A DNA stretch of 64,000 bases from assembly GCA_965112155.1 (NCBI GenBank), contig OZ218108.1. One strand, written 5' to 3'. The DNA is from Podarcis liolepis (lineage: Eukaryota). This document shows, piece after piece, positions 51,806 to 63,948 of this stretch (its first letter is position 1; every line of letters begins with the position of its first letter). A model generated the notes under the pieces. That model saw only the letters and a list, made by a program, of their open reading frames with translations. It was not told the DNA's origin and made no database searches. Both the position numbers and the translations under genes were made by a program.

Positions 51806-53589
51806 CACTAACTTGGGACCCGCTTTCTAGCGGCCCCTTCCCAAGGAAAGGCGAGGGCAGCCGAGAATGTGGGTGAATAAAACGCCAGTTAAAACGCTAT
51901 TAAACAGCGCAGAAGGTGCAAAGCTCGCGCCTCGTTCCGCCTTGATATGCAATTAAATTACAGCAAATTCCTCTTTAAATAATATCGTTTGGAATCCTTC
52001 GCTAAGATTCAAGGATGTCTGAGGTTAAGTAGCTTTTAAAACGTCAGTTCTAAATGGCTTATGCAATGAATAGCTACCTTTAAATCCTAACACCATTATA
52101 AATACTCTATACATGTGGATGTCAGTTTATCTCTACATATTTCTTCTTCAAATGAGGAAAGCATTCATGATCATCATAATAAAAAAGCTCCTTGACATAT
52201 TTGAGTTTAGAAAAGCAGATGTTAATTCCACCCTCCCTTCTCCCCACATCTTGTTTTATGACCAACTCTGTTGGAAAGGAGCCAACGGCGCCCTGCGCTT
52301 TGCTCAGTGACTAGTAGCCCGGGCGCATTAGAGCCTTCGCAGCACCAGCCGAGACGAGACTCGAGCCATAAAAAAACCCCACACATCTGGGTTTCTTTCC
52401 CTTTTTTCCGTAACAACAACAAAATTAAATTAGGGAAAGAGTTGCAATACAAATGGGAGGAGGGGGAAAGGGTTTTGGGGACTTGGGGATGGATGCAGAA
52501 AGAGAACACACCTGCAGCCGCGCCGGAAAAAGAAACGGCCTGTGGATATTTTTCAAGATAGAAAGAGCCTTTCTGGGGGCCTGGCCAAACAGGCGTGTAT
52601 TTTCAGTGAAATAAGTAAAAAAATAATAATAAAATAAGAGGAGGTGCCAAATATGATTGCCAGCTCCCCACAGACACAGAGAAAACAGTGTTCTAGGACA
52701 CTCCCCCCTGTTTTAGGGGGAGGGATACCTCCCCCAAAAAACCAATGGAAGAGATTCCTGGACAAGAAATGCTTTACTTCAGAGCACCCCTCTTTTTAGC
52801 TGTTTTCACATCCCCATTCTCTCCAGGCAGCCTCCCTTCCCTTCCAAGCTGAGGGATCAAGTCTGAGGGTTCCCATCGCTTTCTCGCTCCCTCCCCCGCT
52901 CCTCTTTTCGCCCCATTAACTAATATGTTTGAGAAAGGTTCTTGTTTGCCCTGAGTTACACGGGGAGCAGAAGACATGGGAGGGCTTGAGACAGCGACGG
53001 CACCGCCACACAAACCCGGAGCCGAGCTTTCCCTGGCATCACAATTAACTGTATGCAATATTTATCATTCGACAATGTTTGCCATCAGGAAACACCAAAC
53101 GTAAAATCGGTGGAAGTTTAATAAACAGACACCCAGAGATTGATCAAATAGAATGAATAAACATGCCTGGAATTTTTTTTAATGCGCACGTCTGTGCTTC
53201 TGACTATTAGGCGATAATCCTGAGTGAGAAATAAATGCCATTGGAGTCCGCGGAGGAGGGGCGGGCCGGGAGGGGAGGGGAGGCGGGGGCTCTCTAGCCA
53301 GCCAGTTCGCCTCCTACTGAAGTTAATTCCCACCGGTCCAAGTTCCCTGCGGCTTGGAAAGGTTAGGACTGCACCCTTAGATCCCCAGGGACGCATCCAG
53401 ATTCCTTGTCCGACATATCCCCACACCCCATGTGGAAGGAGCTATGAGAAAGGGCCACGGTGCCTCCCTTAAGAAACTGTGGCCAGGGTTGGTTTTAAAT
53501 ATATATGTCTCTTTATGGTTCAAAACTGGGGGGGGGGGGGGGGACCATGGTCGTCTGTCAAAATGGTAGTCAAAAGTCTGGTGTGATTG

Positions 53590-53679
53590 TTACAAAAATA
53601 ATAACAGGACTCTCTTTCTCTTTCTCTTTCTCTTTCTCTTTCTCTTTCTCTTTCTCTTTCTCTTTCTCTCTCTCTCTCT
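53590..53679. repeat. Region containing a (TTCTCT)n/(CT)n polypyrimidine tract (about 53610-53679)
   Basis: Seen directly. Confidence 0.9.
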
Positions 53680-53729
53680 GTCCTTTTCCTCCACGCTCCC
53701 CTCTTTTTTTTCCTTTTTAAATGTAGGAT

Positions 53730-54150
53730 CTCGCCGGCTGGGGCAACACAATGGCAAGCCATCTGGTGCTCAAGAGAAGCGGTGGAGACGGCAGCGAACG
53801 GAGCCATCCGCAGCTTCCTAGAAGCGCACGGGGCCTGCAGGCTCCCCCCTCCCTTTGGCTCCCTGGCCTATAGCTAAACTTGGACGATGGCCTGTGGGTG
53901 GTGATCTCGGACCCGCCAAGCAAGCAAGTCGCCCCGGAGCAGCCCGAGGACCCTCTCCACGCGCGCCAAGCGCCGCTTCGCCTCCTGCTGCTGGGAGGTG
54001 GTCCCAAGCGCAGGAGCGAGCAGGGAAGAGCTCCACCCCCTTCCCTTGGTCGCGGAGCGGATAGGTCGGGGCCCGGGTGACGTCACTCCCCATCGCGCAG
54101 GAGAGGAACCGGGAGCGCGGGGGAGGGCGCGGGGGAGGCGCAGAGAGAAG
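53730..54150. promoter_or_regulatory. Intergenic CpG island with a full CRE (TGACGTCA at 54078-54085)
   Basis: CpG-dense, with the 10-bp palindrome GTGACGTCAC and GC-box-like G tracts. Confidence 0.7.
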
Positions 54151-56253
54151 CTTCTTGCCTGCTGGGCTCTACAGTTGGGAAGTTTTGCTTGGAACAGGAG
54201 CAGCAGCAAGAGTAACAACTCAATAATAATAATAATCGGAAATTAGCCCTTTGCGATTATCTCTCCGTTTCCTCCATCCTTGTTTAAGCTGGGATATCTA
54301 TTACCCCCCCCCCCCACTGCAATGCTTGGCTCGATTTAAGAGCACGCGGCAAAAAGGAGGCAAAACAGGTGGTGGGGATGGGGGGGGGAGAAAATGTATT
54401 AAACAAACCCTTCCGGGTGAACCTGACCCACGCAGAGACCTGCAGCAGATGACCTGCATCCCTCTCTCCCTCTCTCTTGCGCACAGGAGGGTTCCCATCT
54501 GACTTGTCACCGCATCTCTCACCCTCAGCGCCTTCCTTTGGCCCCATATTTCTGTCAGAAGGGTCGCTGGTGTCAGACCCGCCTCCTTCCCCACTTGGCC
54601 CTCCTCCGTCTTGCAAAGCATCCCTCTGAGCTGAGGGTGTGCGGCCCTAGCTGGCTCTCAAATCGCTCACAGCCAGGACCCCCCCCCCGCCCCAGCCACC
54701 CCTGATTAGTATCCCATTAACCACTTACTTTGAAAGCGGAGCCTTTCCTTCGGCTGTTCCTTCTTCTCTTCCTTTCCCCAAGCACTGCCTTCCCAGGCCA
54801 CTCAGCCTGGGCTGCAAAGGATTGCTCGGGTAGTCATAGGCCAATCATAGCGATCAGAAGAGAAATAAAACTTTCTCTCTCCTTCATTTGCCCTCTCTCT
54901 CCCTGCCCCCTCCCTTCTTTTTCCCAGGCTCCGCTGTCCTTTGGCACCTTCTGCAAGAAGGAGGGCTGCAGTCCCATCCCATCCCCTGGAGAGCGTCTTC
55001 CTGGGGACGCGTCTGCTGGCCTCCCTGCTGAGGTAGCCGCGCGCTTCTGCTGCCGCGCTTGGGAGCAGGGAGCCCGGCCTCGGAGCGAAGTGCAGATTGA
55101 GACATATCGGGATCCCTATAAAAGGGTCATTTCGCGAGGGAGGCTGGACACAAAGTTTGGACTCGTGACTGGCATTCCTGAGAGGCCTGCATATTTTAAA
55201 AACAACAAAGCGAGCCCCCAAAGAAGGGATTGGGGGGGGGGGCGAGAGAGCGAGAGAAGAGGGGAAATAGTGCGGTGGGGGGGGGACTGGGAGAGAAGTT
55301 ACTAAGTGACAAACATCTGTCAACATGAGCTAATTTGTAAGCTTTTGCTGCGAGGAGAAACTGACTAGTTTTGTGAGGGTCTGTGTTGGTCGATGCAGGG
55401 ATCTTTGTCTCTAACCTCCCGCCCCCTACCCCTCCTTTATGTGAGTGTTTAATCCTAGAAAGTTCCTAAAATGGATCTAAGACCAAACCAAACGGGGAAG
55501 TTTGACCTGAAAGGTCTTTCTGGCCTCCGGATTAAAGCCCCCTCTCCCCTCTCCACCCTAGGCCACCGTCCTCCTCTCAGCCGCTCCCCTTTCTTAGCTC
55601 TTTATAAACCGTTTCGAGATGGGGGGGGGGATATAAACGTGTCTCAATGGCACAGCGACAAAGGCGTAAAGAAACACCAGTGACATGAGCTGCTGTTGCC
55701 CCCCCCCCAGCCCCCAGCCCACCGCAACCTTCTTAACAATAAGGTTTTATCTTGCAGCGAAAGAATAAGATCCTCCTCTTTCCTCTCTTGGAATACCATC
55801 ACATTAAAAGCTTCAAAAAGAGAGACAGAGGGGGAGAAAGGCCGGTGTGCGATGCGGAGACGTCCTCTCGGGCCGCATACGCGTCAGGAAAGTCGCAGCA
55901 AGTTAACTTTCCCAGCCTTTGGCGCAGATCTGGAAAGCAGGCGCAGGCTGGGCAGAGGCGGGGGAAGCTGGCGCAAGCGGGGAGGCGAAGGAGCGGGGGC
56001 GGGTCTGATGCTGAGGCGATTTGACTGGACTGGGTGGGATCCTCGGCAGCCCCAGGATCAGGGGGCCGTTTAGTGTGTGCGGGGCCCGCGGAGAAGCCTG
56101 TTTCTCTCCTAGACAGCTGAAGACAAAAGGAGAGGAGGCCTAGTGGTGAGCTGGATATCTCTGTTAGTTGTCAGCTCAGGTCCAGGGGCAGGCGAGGAAT
56201 GCTAATCAGCTATTGCAGAGGGGCTGAAGGCTGCAGATCTCTCGCATAGTCAC

Positions 56254-56257
<4 letters not shown>

Positions 56258-56297
<40 letters not shown>
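56258..56297. repeat. (CT)n microsatellite
   Basis: Seen directly. Confidence 0.95.
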
Positions 56298-56299
<2 letters not shown>

Positions 56300-56704
56300 G
56301 TTGTTTCGCTCTCACTCCCAGGGCACTTGCTTGGTTTTTTGCACTCACGTCCACCAGCTACACACCCATCCCTGGATCTTTATGTACTCAAGAACACAAT
56401 CCTTAAACATACACAACATGCGCACATACAATGCTACTCAGGCTTTATTCCTCGTTCCTCTCCCCCTGGGGTGACATAGGAAAGGTTTGCGTGGAAGCAG
56501 TCTGAGTGCCACTCCACCAAACGGCTCGCGTCGGCTGGAATCCCAGGGGTTTTCCTCTAACTGGTTATGACTGTTCCAGACAGGGTGGCTCTTTGGCTCC
56601 ACCGGCGAGACCGAATCACAAATTACCATGTTGTAATTGTTCACTCCTCCATAGCTATCCGAGCTTCGGTCTTTTTTTGCTCTGACACAGAGAGAGGGGG
56701 GGGG

Positions 56705-56708
<4 letters not shown>

Positions 56709-56745
<37 letters not shown>
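56709..56745. repeat. (GA)n microsatellite
   Basis: Seen directly. Confidence 0.95.
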
Positions 56746-56747
<2 letters not shown>

Positions 56748-58167
56748 TCCTACCTCCTTCTCTAAACAGAGGGATCGATAGCTGACCCCACGGTTTGGCC
56801 AGTGCTTTATTTATCTGCCCGAGCAATGATATTATCAGCCTTAAACGTTATATACAGCAAATGTCTTCCTAAATCAACACACAAGGATATCTCCCAGCAG
56901 CCAAGCTGCTCTGCCTTCAAGAAGTTCGCTCTGCCTCTTGCCCTCTCCTCCGCTTTCCACAACAACCGGGGCCCGTTTTACACCCCGTAGTTTTCAACGG
57001 GATTCTCTGTTTGAAGCTTGATGGTGGGCTCTGCAGCCAAGAGGTTGTAGATACACGATTGTGCAACCCCGCTTGCTGTTTCTTCCAGGGATTCGCTTGT
57101 CAGCCTGGCTGGGCTGCTTAAAGGCTGCTCAACGCTATCCCTTTTTTGTAATGGGGGTGGGGAGGAGATCTAATTTCCCACTGTCCTCTCTGTTAATTGC
57201 TTTCTTTCCTTGCAATTATATGTATAAACCGATTTGCTCCTTTCCATGTTATGGCTTTGTGATTCTAATGCAAACCACTTGAGGGGGGTTGGGGTGGGGA
57301 GAGAAGAGACCAGCCATCTCCCCCCATCACACACAGGCAAAATGCATCCCACCCCCTTCTTAGAAGATGCGTCGGTCCTTAGGGCTGCAGTGCATCTCAG
57401 TCTTACTTGGGAGTAGATCCCACGGCATTTAGCAGGATGTGCTTCTGAGCAAGGCGGGCAACACTTATTTTCAAATGTATGGCAGCCAACCAGATCGGGG
57501 CCTTCCGGTGAAATTCACCATACCCAGAAATTGGACCCAACACCGAATTGCTCCGGCATGATCAGACAAAGGATGGGGACCCTCAGGGCAGCTCATCTGT
57601 CAGTCCTACTCTCCATTCACGTTCATCTCCCTCGGCTCCCTCTACAGGTGGCTGTCCTTGGCCAGCATGGCCCGCTGGAGAATCCCAGCCCATTTTATTC
57701 CACTTGTTTCTGCAACCTTGACAAAGATGCAATGCTAGGTGCGCGTTTGAAGCCCAAAGTTGTAGGCAGAATGACTGGCAAAGCCATCCCCAGCGAGCTC
57801 AACAGAGATCATTCGGAGTGCTCGCGATTGCCGTCTCCGCGGGAAGGGGTTGCCATGGAAGGCAGCGGGGTAAAAGAGGCTGAGAGTCCGGCTGAAGTCC
57901 TTGGAGGGGCTTCCGCCAACTTCCAAGCCTCAGAGTGGGTGGAAGGCGAGAGGGGAGCGGAGAACGTGACGCAGCTCGGAAGAGAGGCAGTTCTGGAGAG
58001 AAAGAGAGAGTCACCTTGCCTTCCTTCCAGCTTCTCTGCAAATCTCTCCTTCCTTTCCAGCTGTTTTGTGCTGACTCTTCTATGTGATGTGCTGGCTGGG
58101 TGGGGAGAAAAGGATTGGGAGGAGGGCACTGAGGGAGCATATTTTAAGTCCAGAATCCTCAATGGTT

Positions 58168-58203
<36 letters not shown>

Positions 58204-59610
58204 AAAGCCACACAACCCAACTTTGAAAATGGATTCGCTGACAAGTAAGGATAATAAATTAGAGGCGCTTTCAGATAGATATCTCAGACGTGAAATTGCG
58301 CCCAGCTGGTTGTGTAAGCAAACAAATAGCCGCCGTGTTCGAGGGCTCGCGGCTTGATGAATAGAACACGACAGAGGTAAATGGCTCTTTAACTCATTTA
58401 GGAATAAAACTCTCCGGCTCCCCCAGTCAAAGAGCCTCGGAACGGCGTGGATCCTGAGCGAGCCCTTTTAAACAAGAGTTTTATTGGTTTCCACTTGTGA
58501 GCCCTCATCTTTCCCCAATTCCTCCCTCCCACCCCCGCAGGGAGGCCTCGTCAAGGCACCAACTGACTAGTTAAAAAAAAAAAAGGAAGAAGAAGACAAA
58601 AACTTGTCAGGTTTCGAAAGGTGTAGTAGCCACATGGCAAACTTGAAAATCTGCCAGAATTATCAGGGCTGGTTCTGGCTGGCTGCCTGGCTGCCCGCCT
58701 TTCCGGCTAGAAACTCAATAGAAAATATGAACCGACTGTATTATTATTTTTCTTTAAAAAAAAATTCTTCCCTAGCATCAGGACGATATTGCCTTTTCTT
58801 TCTTTCTTTTTAATTACACCCATTTATGTAAACTGGAGGGGGAAGAGGGACAGAATCCATTTCTCCAAAGGTATTGAGTCTCCCCTACCTCGTCTAGAAG
58901 CCCAACCAGCAGAGAAGCCTCTTCTCTTTTACTCAGACTTCACTCTGGGGAAGGGACACCGCAATCTCACGCCACAAATCAGTGAGAATTACTAGTTTCA
59001 GGCAAAACTGCTTCGGGGCGAAGCTTTAGCTCCAAAAGGTCTTCTCATTACTAGGGAGGAGCTGGTGTAGGTCTGTCTTCTCTCTGTTTGTCTGCCTCTC
59101 TCTCTCAAGATTCACGAGGCGGGGAAGGGATCTCTCTCTTTTTTTCTCTCTCACGCCACCCGTAATTCCTGGGGGAAACTTCTGTCCGACCCCCATCCTC
59201 TGCCTTTTTAAATTTTTTTGGCTGGCGGAGGGTTCTAAAAGCAGCTTGAATCTACAACACTTTGCAACCACTTCAAAGAAATATTAAGCTCTCCCTCTCC
59301 CCGAGAACGTTTTGCTTGCAAAAAACGAACCCTTTGACTTGCACATCACGCACGCATGCACATTTAAAAGAGAGGGATCTATGCCAAAAAGAGTGACTTC
59401 GGATTAAAGCATTCAGATCTATGTTCTTATTGATGTCTAGAACGAAAAGGAGTTAACCCAAGTTGCCTTTTCCCAAGGAGAATGGCCCACAACCTCAAGC
59501 TTTCGACCAAAATGCTTTCTCGGTATTATCGATCTCTGCCAGAGCATCCTTACGTGGAGAGCTGCGTTTGAAATTTATTAACCGTTCCCCCCTCCCTTCC
59601 ATGACGTTAA

Positions 59611-59748
59611 NNNNNNNNNNNNNNNNNNNNNNNNNNNNNNNNNNNNNNNNNNNNNNNNNNNNNNNNNNNNNNNNNNNNNNNNNNNNNNNNNNNNNNNNNN
59701 NNNNNNNNNNNNNNNNNNNNNNNNNNNNNNNNNNNNNNNNNNNNNNNN
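59611..59748. other. Assembly gap (N run)
   Basis: Run of N. Confidence 1.
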
Positions 59749-60224
59749 ATCCACATGTGGCTCCTAGATTCTTATAAAAGGAACAAATCTGTTATTCGTT
59801 GGCAGGTGAACCAGAGCGCTGTGGAGCCCTGAGACACATTCCCTCTTCCCTTGTCAAAAAACTGTCAGGGCTCTGTCGTCTGCCCAGTTGGGCTGAAGTC
59901 ATTTCAGAAAGCCGACCCACAAACACCTTACGTTTAAATCAAGCCTCACAGATTATGGGAGTGGAACTGGCTTGCCAGATCCCTTTTCCTTTCCGGGCGA
60001 GCGATGATGATCCACACACAAGACACTTCCAAGTACATCGTTTTAGGCCACTACATTCCGCTCTTATATATGAACATTCCTGACCAAATGTGCAGTCCCA
60101 TTTACATCAGTGGTAGGTCTAAATCCGTCTCACACCAGGGCAACTCCGCTTTTGCGGGGTTGTTCTCGTTAAATGCGACTGAAGACTTCAAGGCAGCCAC
60201 ATGTCCACATTGCAGAACTAGTTG

Positions 60225-60226
<2 letters not shown>

Positions 60227-60276
<50 letters not shown>
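60227..60276. repeat. (ATT)n microsatellite
   Basis: Seen directly. Confidence 0.95.
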
Positions 60277-61462
60277 TCACAATTATTATGTACATTAGGA
60301 TCTCTGCAATTCTCAAGCTCCATCGCCAAGGAAGCCCCAAAATTAGATTGACTAGAAAAGACTTAACTGGGATGTGGGAGAAAAGGTCAGCCACCCTGAG
60401 AGTAGGCAAAAGGCGAGGCTTATTGTGGCCTAACGCTTTCAAAAAGCGAGTGAGGTTTGCTTAGGATGCCTGTGTGAGAGAGTGTGCATATGAGACAAGG
60501 GAAAGAGGGAGAGACCTAGCCAGTTGTTGTTGTTGTTGCTATTATTATTATTATTATTGATGGTCTTGTAACTGCAGCAAAGAGGAACAGATGAATCATG
60601 ACAAAGCGGTAGACAGATAGTATTCTGGTCTCAAACAGGCTCTAGACTAAGGCGTATCCCAAGAGAGCATCCATTTCTGTAGAAGGGCAACGGATTCGTG
60701 ACTGGGTGGCATGTCTAATGGAGAGAACGCCATGTGAGAAAGCATTGGTTTTTAGTCTTAGATTGACTAACAGATTCATCATAATATGTAGGCTAGGGTC
60801 CAACAACATCAGTTAGTTCTTTAGCGCTTTATGCAGCCTAATTCGTGTTAAATCGTTGGGCCAAACTAACGGAAAACCTCCACCAAGCATCATCTGAACA
60901 GTGAACACCCTTCCCAAAGGAAACGGGCAGGCTTTGTTGCGCTCGTCAGTAAGGAGAATGCACCCAGAATATCAACCTCCTTTTCTACACCTTGTCTAGA
61001 TCTGGAATGATTTCTCCGCTCCCGGCATTATTGTGTTACAAAATATTATTTAATATCATCGTTCCCCAGAAGGTCGAAAATGAATGTGGGGTGGGAAAGA
61101 CGAAGCATTACTCGGGTTTCACCAGGGGTGCATAACATACCAGCGCTTAGAATTACTTCTGATGCGAAGAGGACACTTTCTGCGGCCTTTTCGCAATGAT
61201 CCTAATCCTATCCGGGCCTAAATCTTCAAGGGCTGTCTGGTCTTCAGGGCCGTGAGGTGACCTTTCCCTACCCGGTCTGGGCAAAAACAGGGATACCTCC
61301 GGCTTTGGCAGTTACATTGGTTTTTTCAGAGCTCGTCCTGGCTAGTTAAGAGCCAAAATGTGCATTCTTACAGCCTGCCTATTGAAACTGACTAGTCCAT
61401 AGACTGTAGCTGCTGGCAATGTTATTATGCAGCTGTAAGTGCCCGCCATATAGAAAATGCGT

Positions 61463-61464
<2 letters not shown>

Positions 61465-61508
<44 letters not shown>
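61465..61508. repeat. (CT)n microsatellite
   Basis: Seen directly. Confidence 0.95.
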
Positions 61509-61510
<2 letters not shown>

Positions 61511-62979
61511 GGGATCTACTGCGTCTAGAATATTAAAAAACCCCAAGCGGGTTAGGCTGAAGGATCTTGTTAATGCAAAATAAAAAAGTAAAAAAAAAAT
61601 CTGGGGAGTGTAGACAGCAAATTAACAGAAAAAACACTGCCAGTGACTCCTCCAATTGAAAATCCTGCCTCATCCTGGATGTGTTTGGAGGGCGAGGGAG
61701 AAACTGGAGAATGTGAGGCGGGGGGCGAAGGGGGGGGAGACACACACGAATGTTATTTTTAAAGATCCGGCTTTATTAATACGTTAAGAAAGAGCTCCCT
61801 TGGCAGTGTGTGTTCTTACAGCTCCGTCTCAGATCCTATAAAACATTAATGCACTGAAAGCTGTTACAGAGATCTGCAGCGACCAGCTCCAAGCTCTGGG
61901 AAAATCTTTACCTTCAAAAGGGGCTCCACTCGGAGAACGAATGGTACGTTGGGTGTGTGTGTGGGGGGGGGTGTTTTTGGAAAGCTGCTCCGACAGTCAT
62001 TTGAAGGAGACTAACAGCTTTAGGATTCCATGAGCCCACGGGAATAGGGGCGCACGCGTGTCCTTGGATCAGTACACACGACCAGACATATGCACCTCCC
62101 TCTCTCTGAGGGTGGCCTTAGAACTCAGGGGAAACTCACCAGCCCGGAGGAAAGACCTGCACCAGGAGGAAATTGCCCGCACCTGACACAGAGACCTTCA
62201 CAAGGGCGGGGAAGGGAAATCAGAGCTTCAGTCCAGACGTGACAACACAGTGTTCCAGAGGAGTGGAAATTTACTTTCAGGACAGGCCAAAGACATTTCG
62301 CCACCCGAGGCAGAATAGTTCACTTCGCCTTACCTTTATTAGGCATTACAGGCAGAACAGCAAATGGATCTCCTCTCAATTAATCCAAGGTGCAAACCCA
62401 ACGAGAAAAACAAAAAGCCAACTAGCACAAACGCCTCTCGCTGGGAGCAAAAATATTATACTAATAAATTAAAAACAACAACAACTATTCACTGTCCTTT
62501 CAAGGCACCTCAGAATCAGCTGCCTGAGTCACCCTCCTTACTCTGTCTAGTGGTAGGGCTGGCCCTGTTTTCTCTTCCGGATTATTCTCATAGAACGCCA
62601 GTAGGCTCACGCAGAAGTTTCATGGGACTCCCTCCCAGTTAAATGAACGTAGGGTGGCAACCTAAGGGAATTCCTCTTAACTGTTCCCCCACCTCCATTT
62701 CGTCAGCATCAGTCACCAGAATCGCATTAAAACCAGGCAGCTTGGGTATACTGAGGTGTGTGTGCACCTTACCAGCAGCATGACCACTGTATTTATTTGT
62801 TTTTGAACAAAGACCCCACACCTTGGACCTCTTATATAAGGCACAAAGCCTTGGGGGGCTGGCGGGAAAGAAACCCACCACCCGCAAACCCAAACTTTAG
62901 GTCTGCTTCAAGGAACAAGAACTCATGGATTGGCGTGGGAATCTGTGTTGGATGTTGCGCTTGGGTTGCCTTTGTAATT

Positions 62980-63948
62980 GTTTTTTTTTCTAAATTCTTT
63001 TATTTTTGTTTAAATTCTCACTTCAATTTTAATTCTTGAAGAACAGCTTCGACAACATATATCGCACTCAATATAAGAAGCAAAGGGTTATATAAAAAAT
63101 TATTAGTATAGAATCACAGGAAGCCTGGTTTGGAACCAGAAAGAAATACAAAACAGATATAGATACATACACACAGAACAATTCCTTGTTGTTTTTTTAA
63201 TAATTATTTGGAAAATGTTATTTTTTCCCCTCCCCTAATTCTTGTTTGTTTCTTGTGGTGTTTTTCCCCCTCCCCTCTCGCCTCCTTTATGCGCATACGA
63301 TGTTTTAAATTTTACAAAAAAAGTGAAAATAAAGACTAATATCTTACAAAATGAAGAACAATGTTCGTGGAAAGTGTTTCGCCTTTGGGTCCCCCTCCCT
63401 CTTTCCCTCACCCCGTCCACCAGTTCAATTCGGCTCCAGGTTTTTGTTTGCTTGTTTGTTCTGTCTCTTAAACTGTGTGTTTTGTTTTGCTGTACAGACG
63501 ATAGATCCACCTCAGTCCATCCATCATAAATCCAGGGAAATCCGTTCTAGTCTTCTTTTTTTAGGGGGGAGTTTTTGTTTTAATCTCTTCGGTCCTTTTT
63601 TAAAAATGGTTTTTGTTTAAAGTTTCCCATCTCATTGTCAACGGTTTGTTCCACAAAATACGAGGTGTCCATTTCGCCTTCATCATCATCATCATCACCG
63701 CCTCTCTCAGCCGGGGTCTGATCCTAAGCGAGTCTTTCGTGCAGTGTCTGAGGGGTCTGCTCCTATCTCTCTTTCTCGGTCCTCCTCCCCCCCTTTCTTT
63801 CTGCCTCTCTGTCTCCTCGGATCCCCCCACCCGGCTGCGTGCGCCCCCAAGGTGGTGGTTGTCTGGGCCGGTCTCTGGCTGGGCTGGAGGCCTTCCTCCT
63901 CCTCCTCCTCCTCTCAGGGTCTCTAAGCGGGGGAGCCCAGGAGGTGCT
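62980..63948 (-). other. NR2F1: NR2F1 3'UTR
   Basis: Lies between the stop codon and the polyA signal. The distal blocks (CATCGTATGCGCATAAAG; CTGGTTCCAAACCAG; CCTGTGATTCTATACTAATAATTTTT; GCTGTTCTTCAAGAATTAAAATTGAAGTG) match the mammalian NR2F1 3'UTR as I recall it. Confidence 0.88.
62999..63004 (-). terminator. NR2F1 polyadenylation signal (AATAAA, with ATTAAA at 63028-63033)
   Basis: tttatt on the + strand at the end of the conserved-looking UTR block. Confidence 0.75.

Noticed and set aside
54730-55326. Overlapping 191-aa (+) and 174-aa (-) ORFs
   Set aside because: Low-complexity GC-rich sequence with no recognised homology or splice context
57531-58226. 231-aa ORF, the longest in the track
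   Set aside because: Non-ATG start, no recognisable domain, and it runs through a CT microsatellite. Long chance ORFs are expected in GC-rich DNA.
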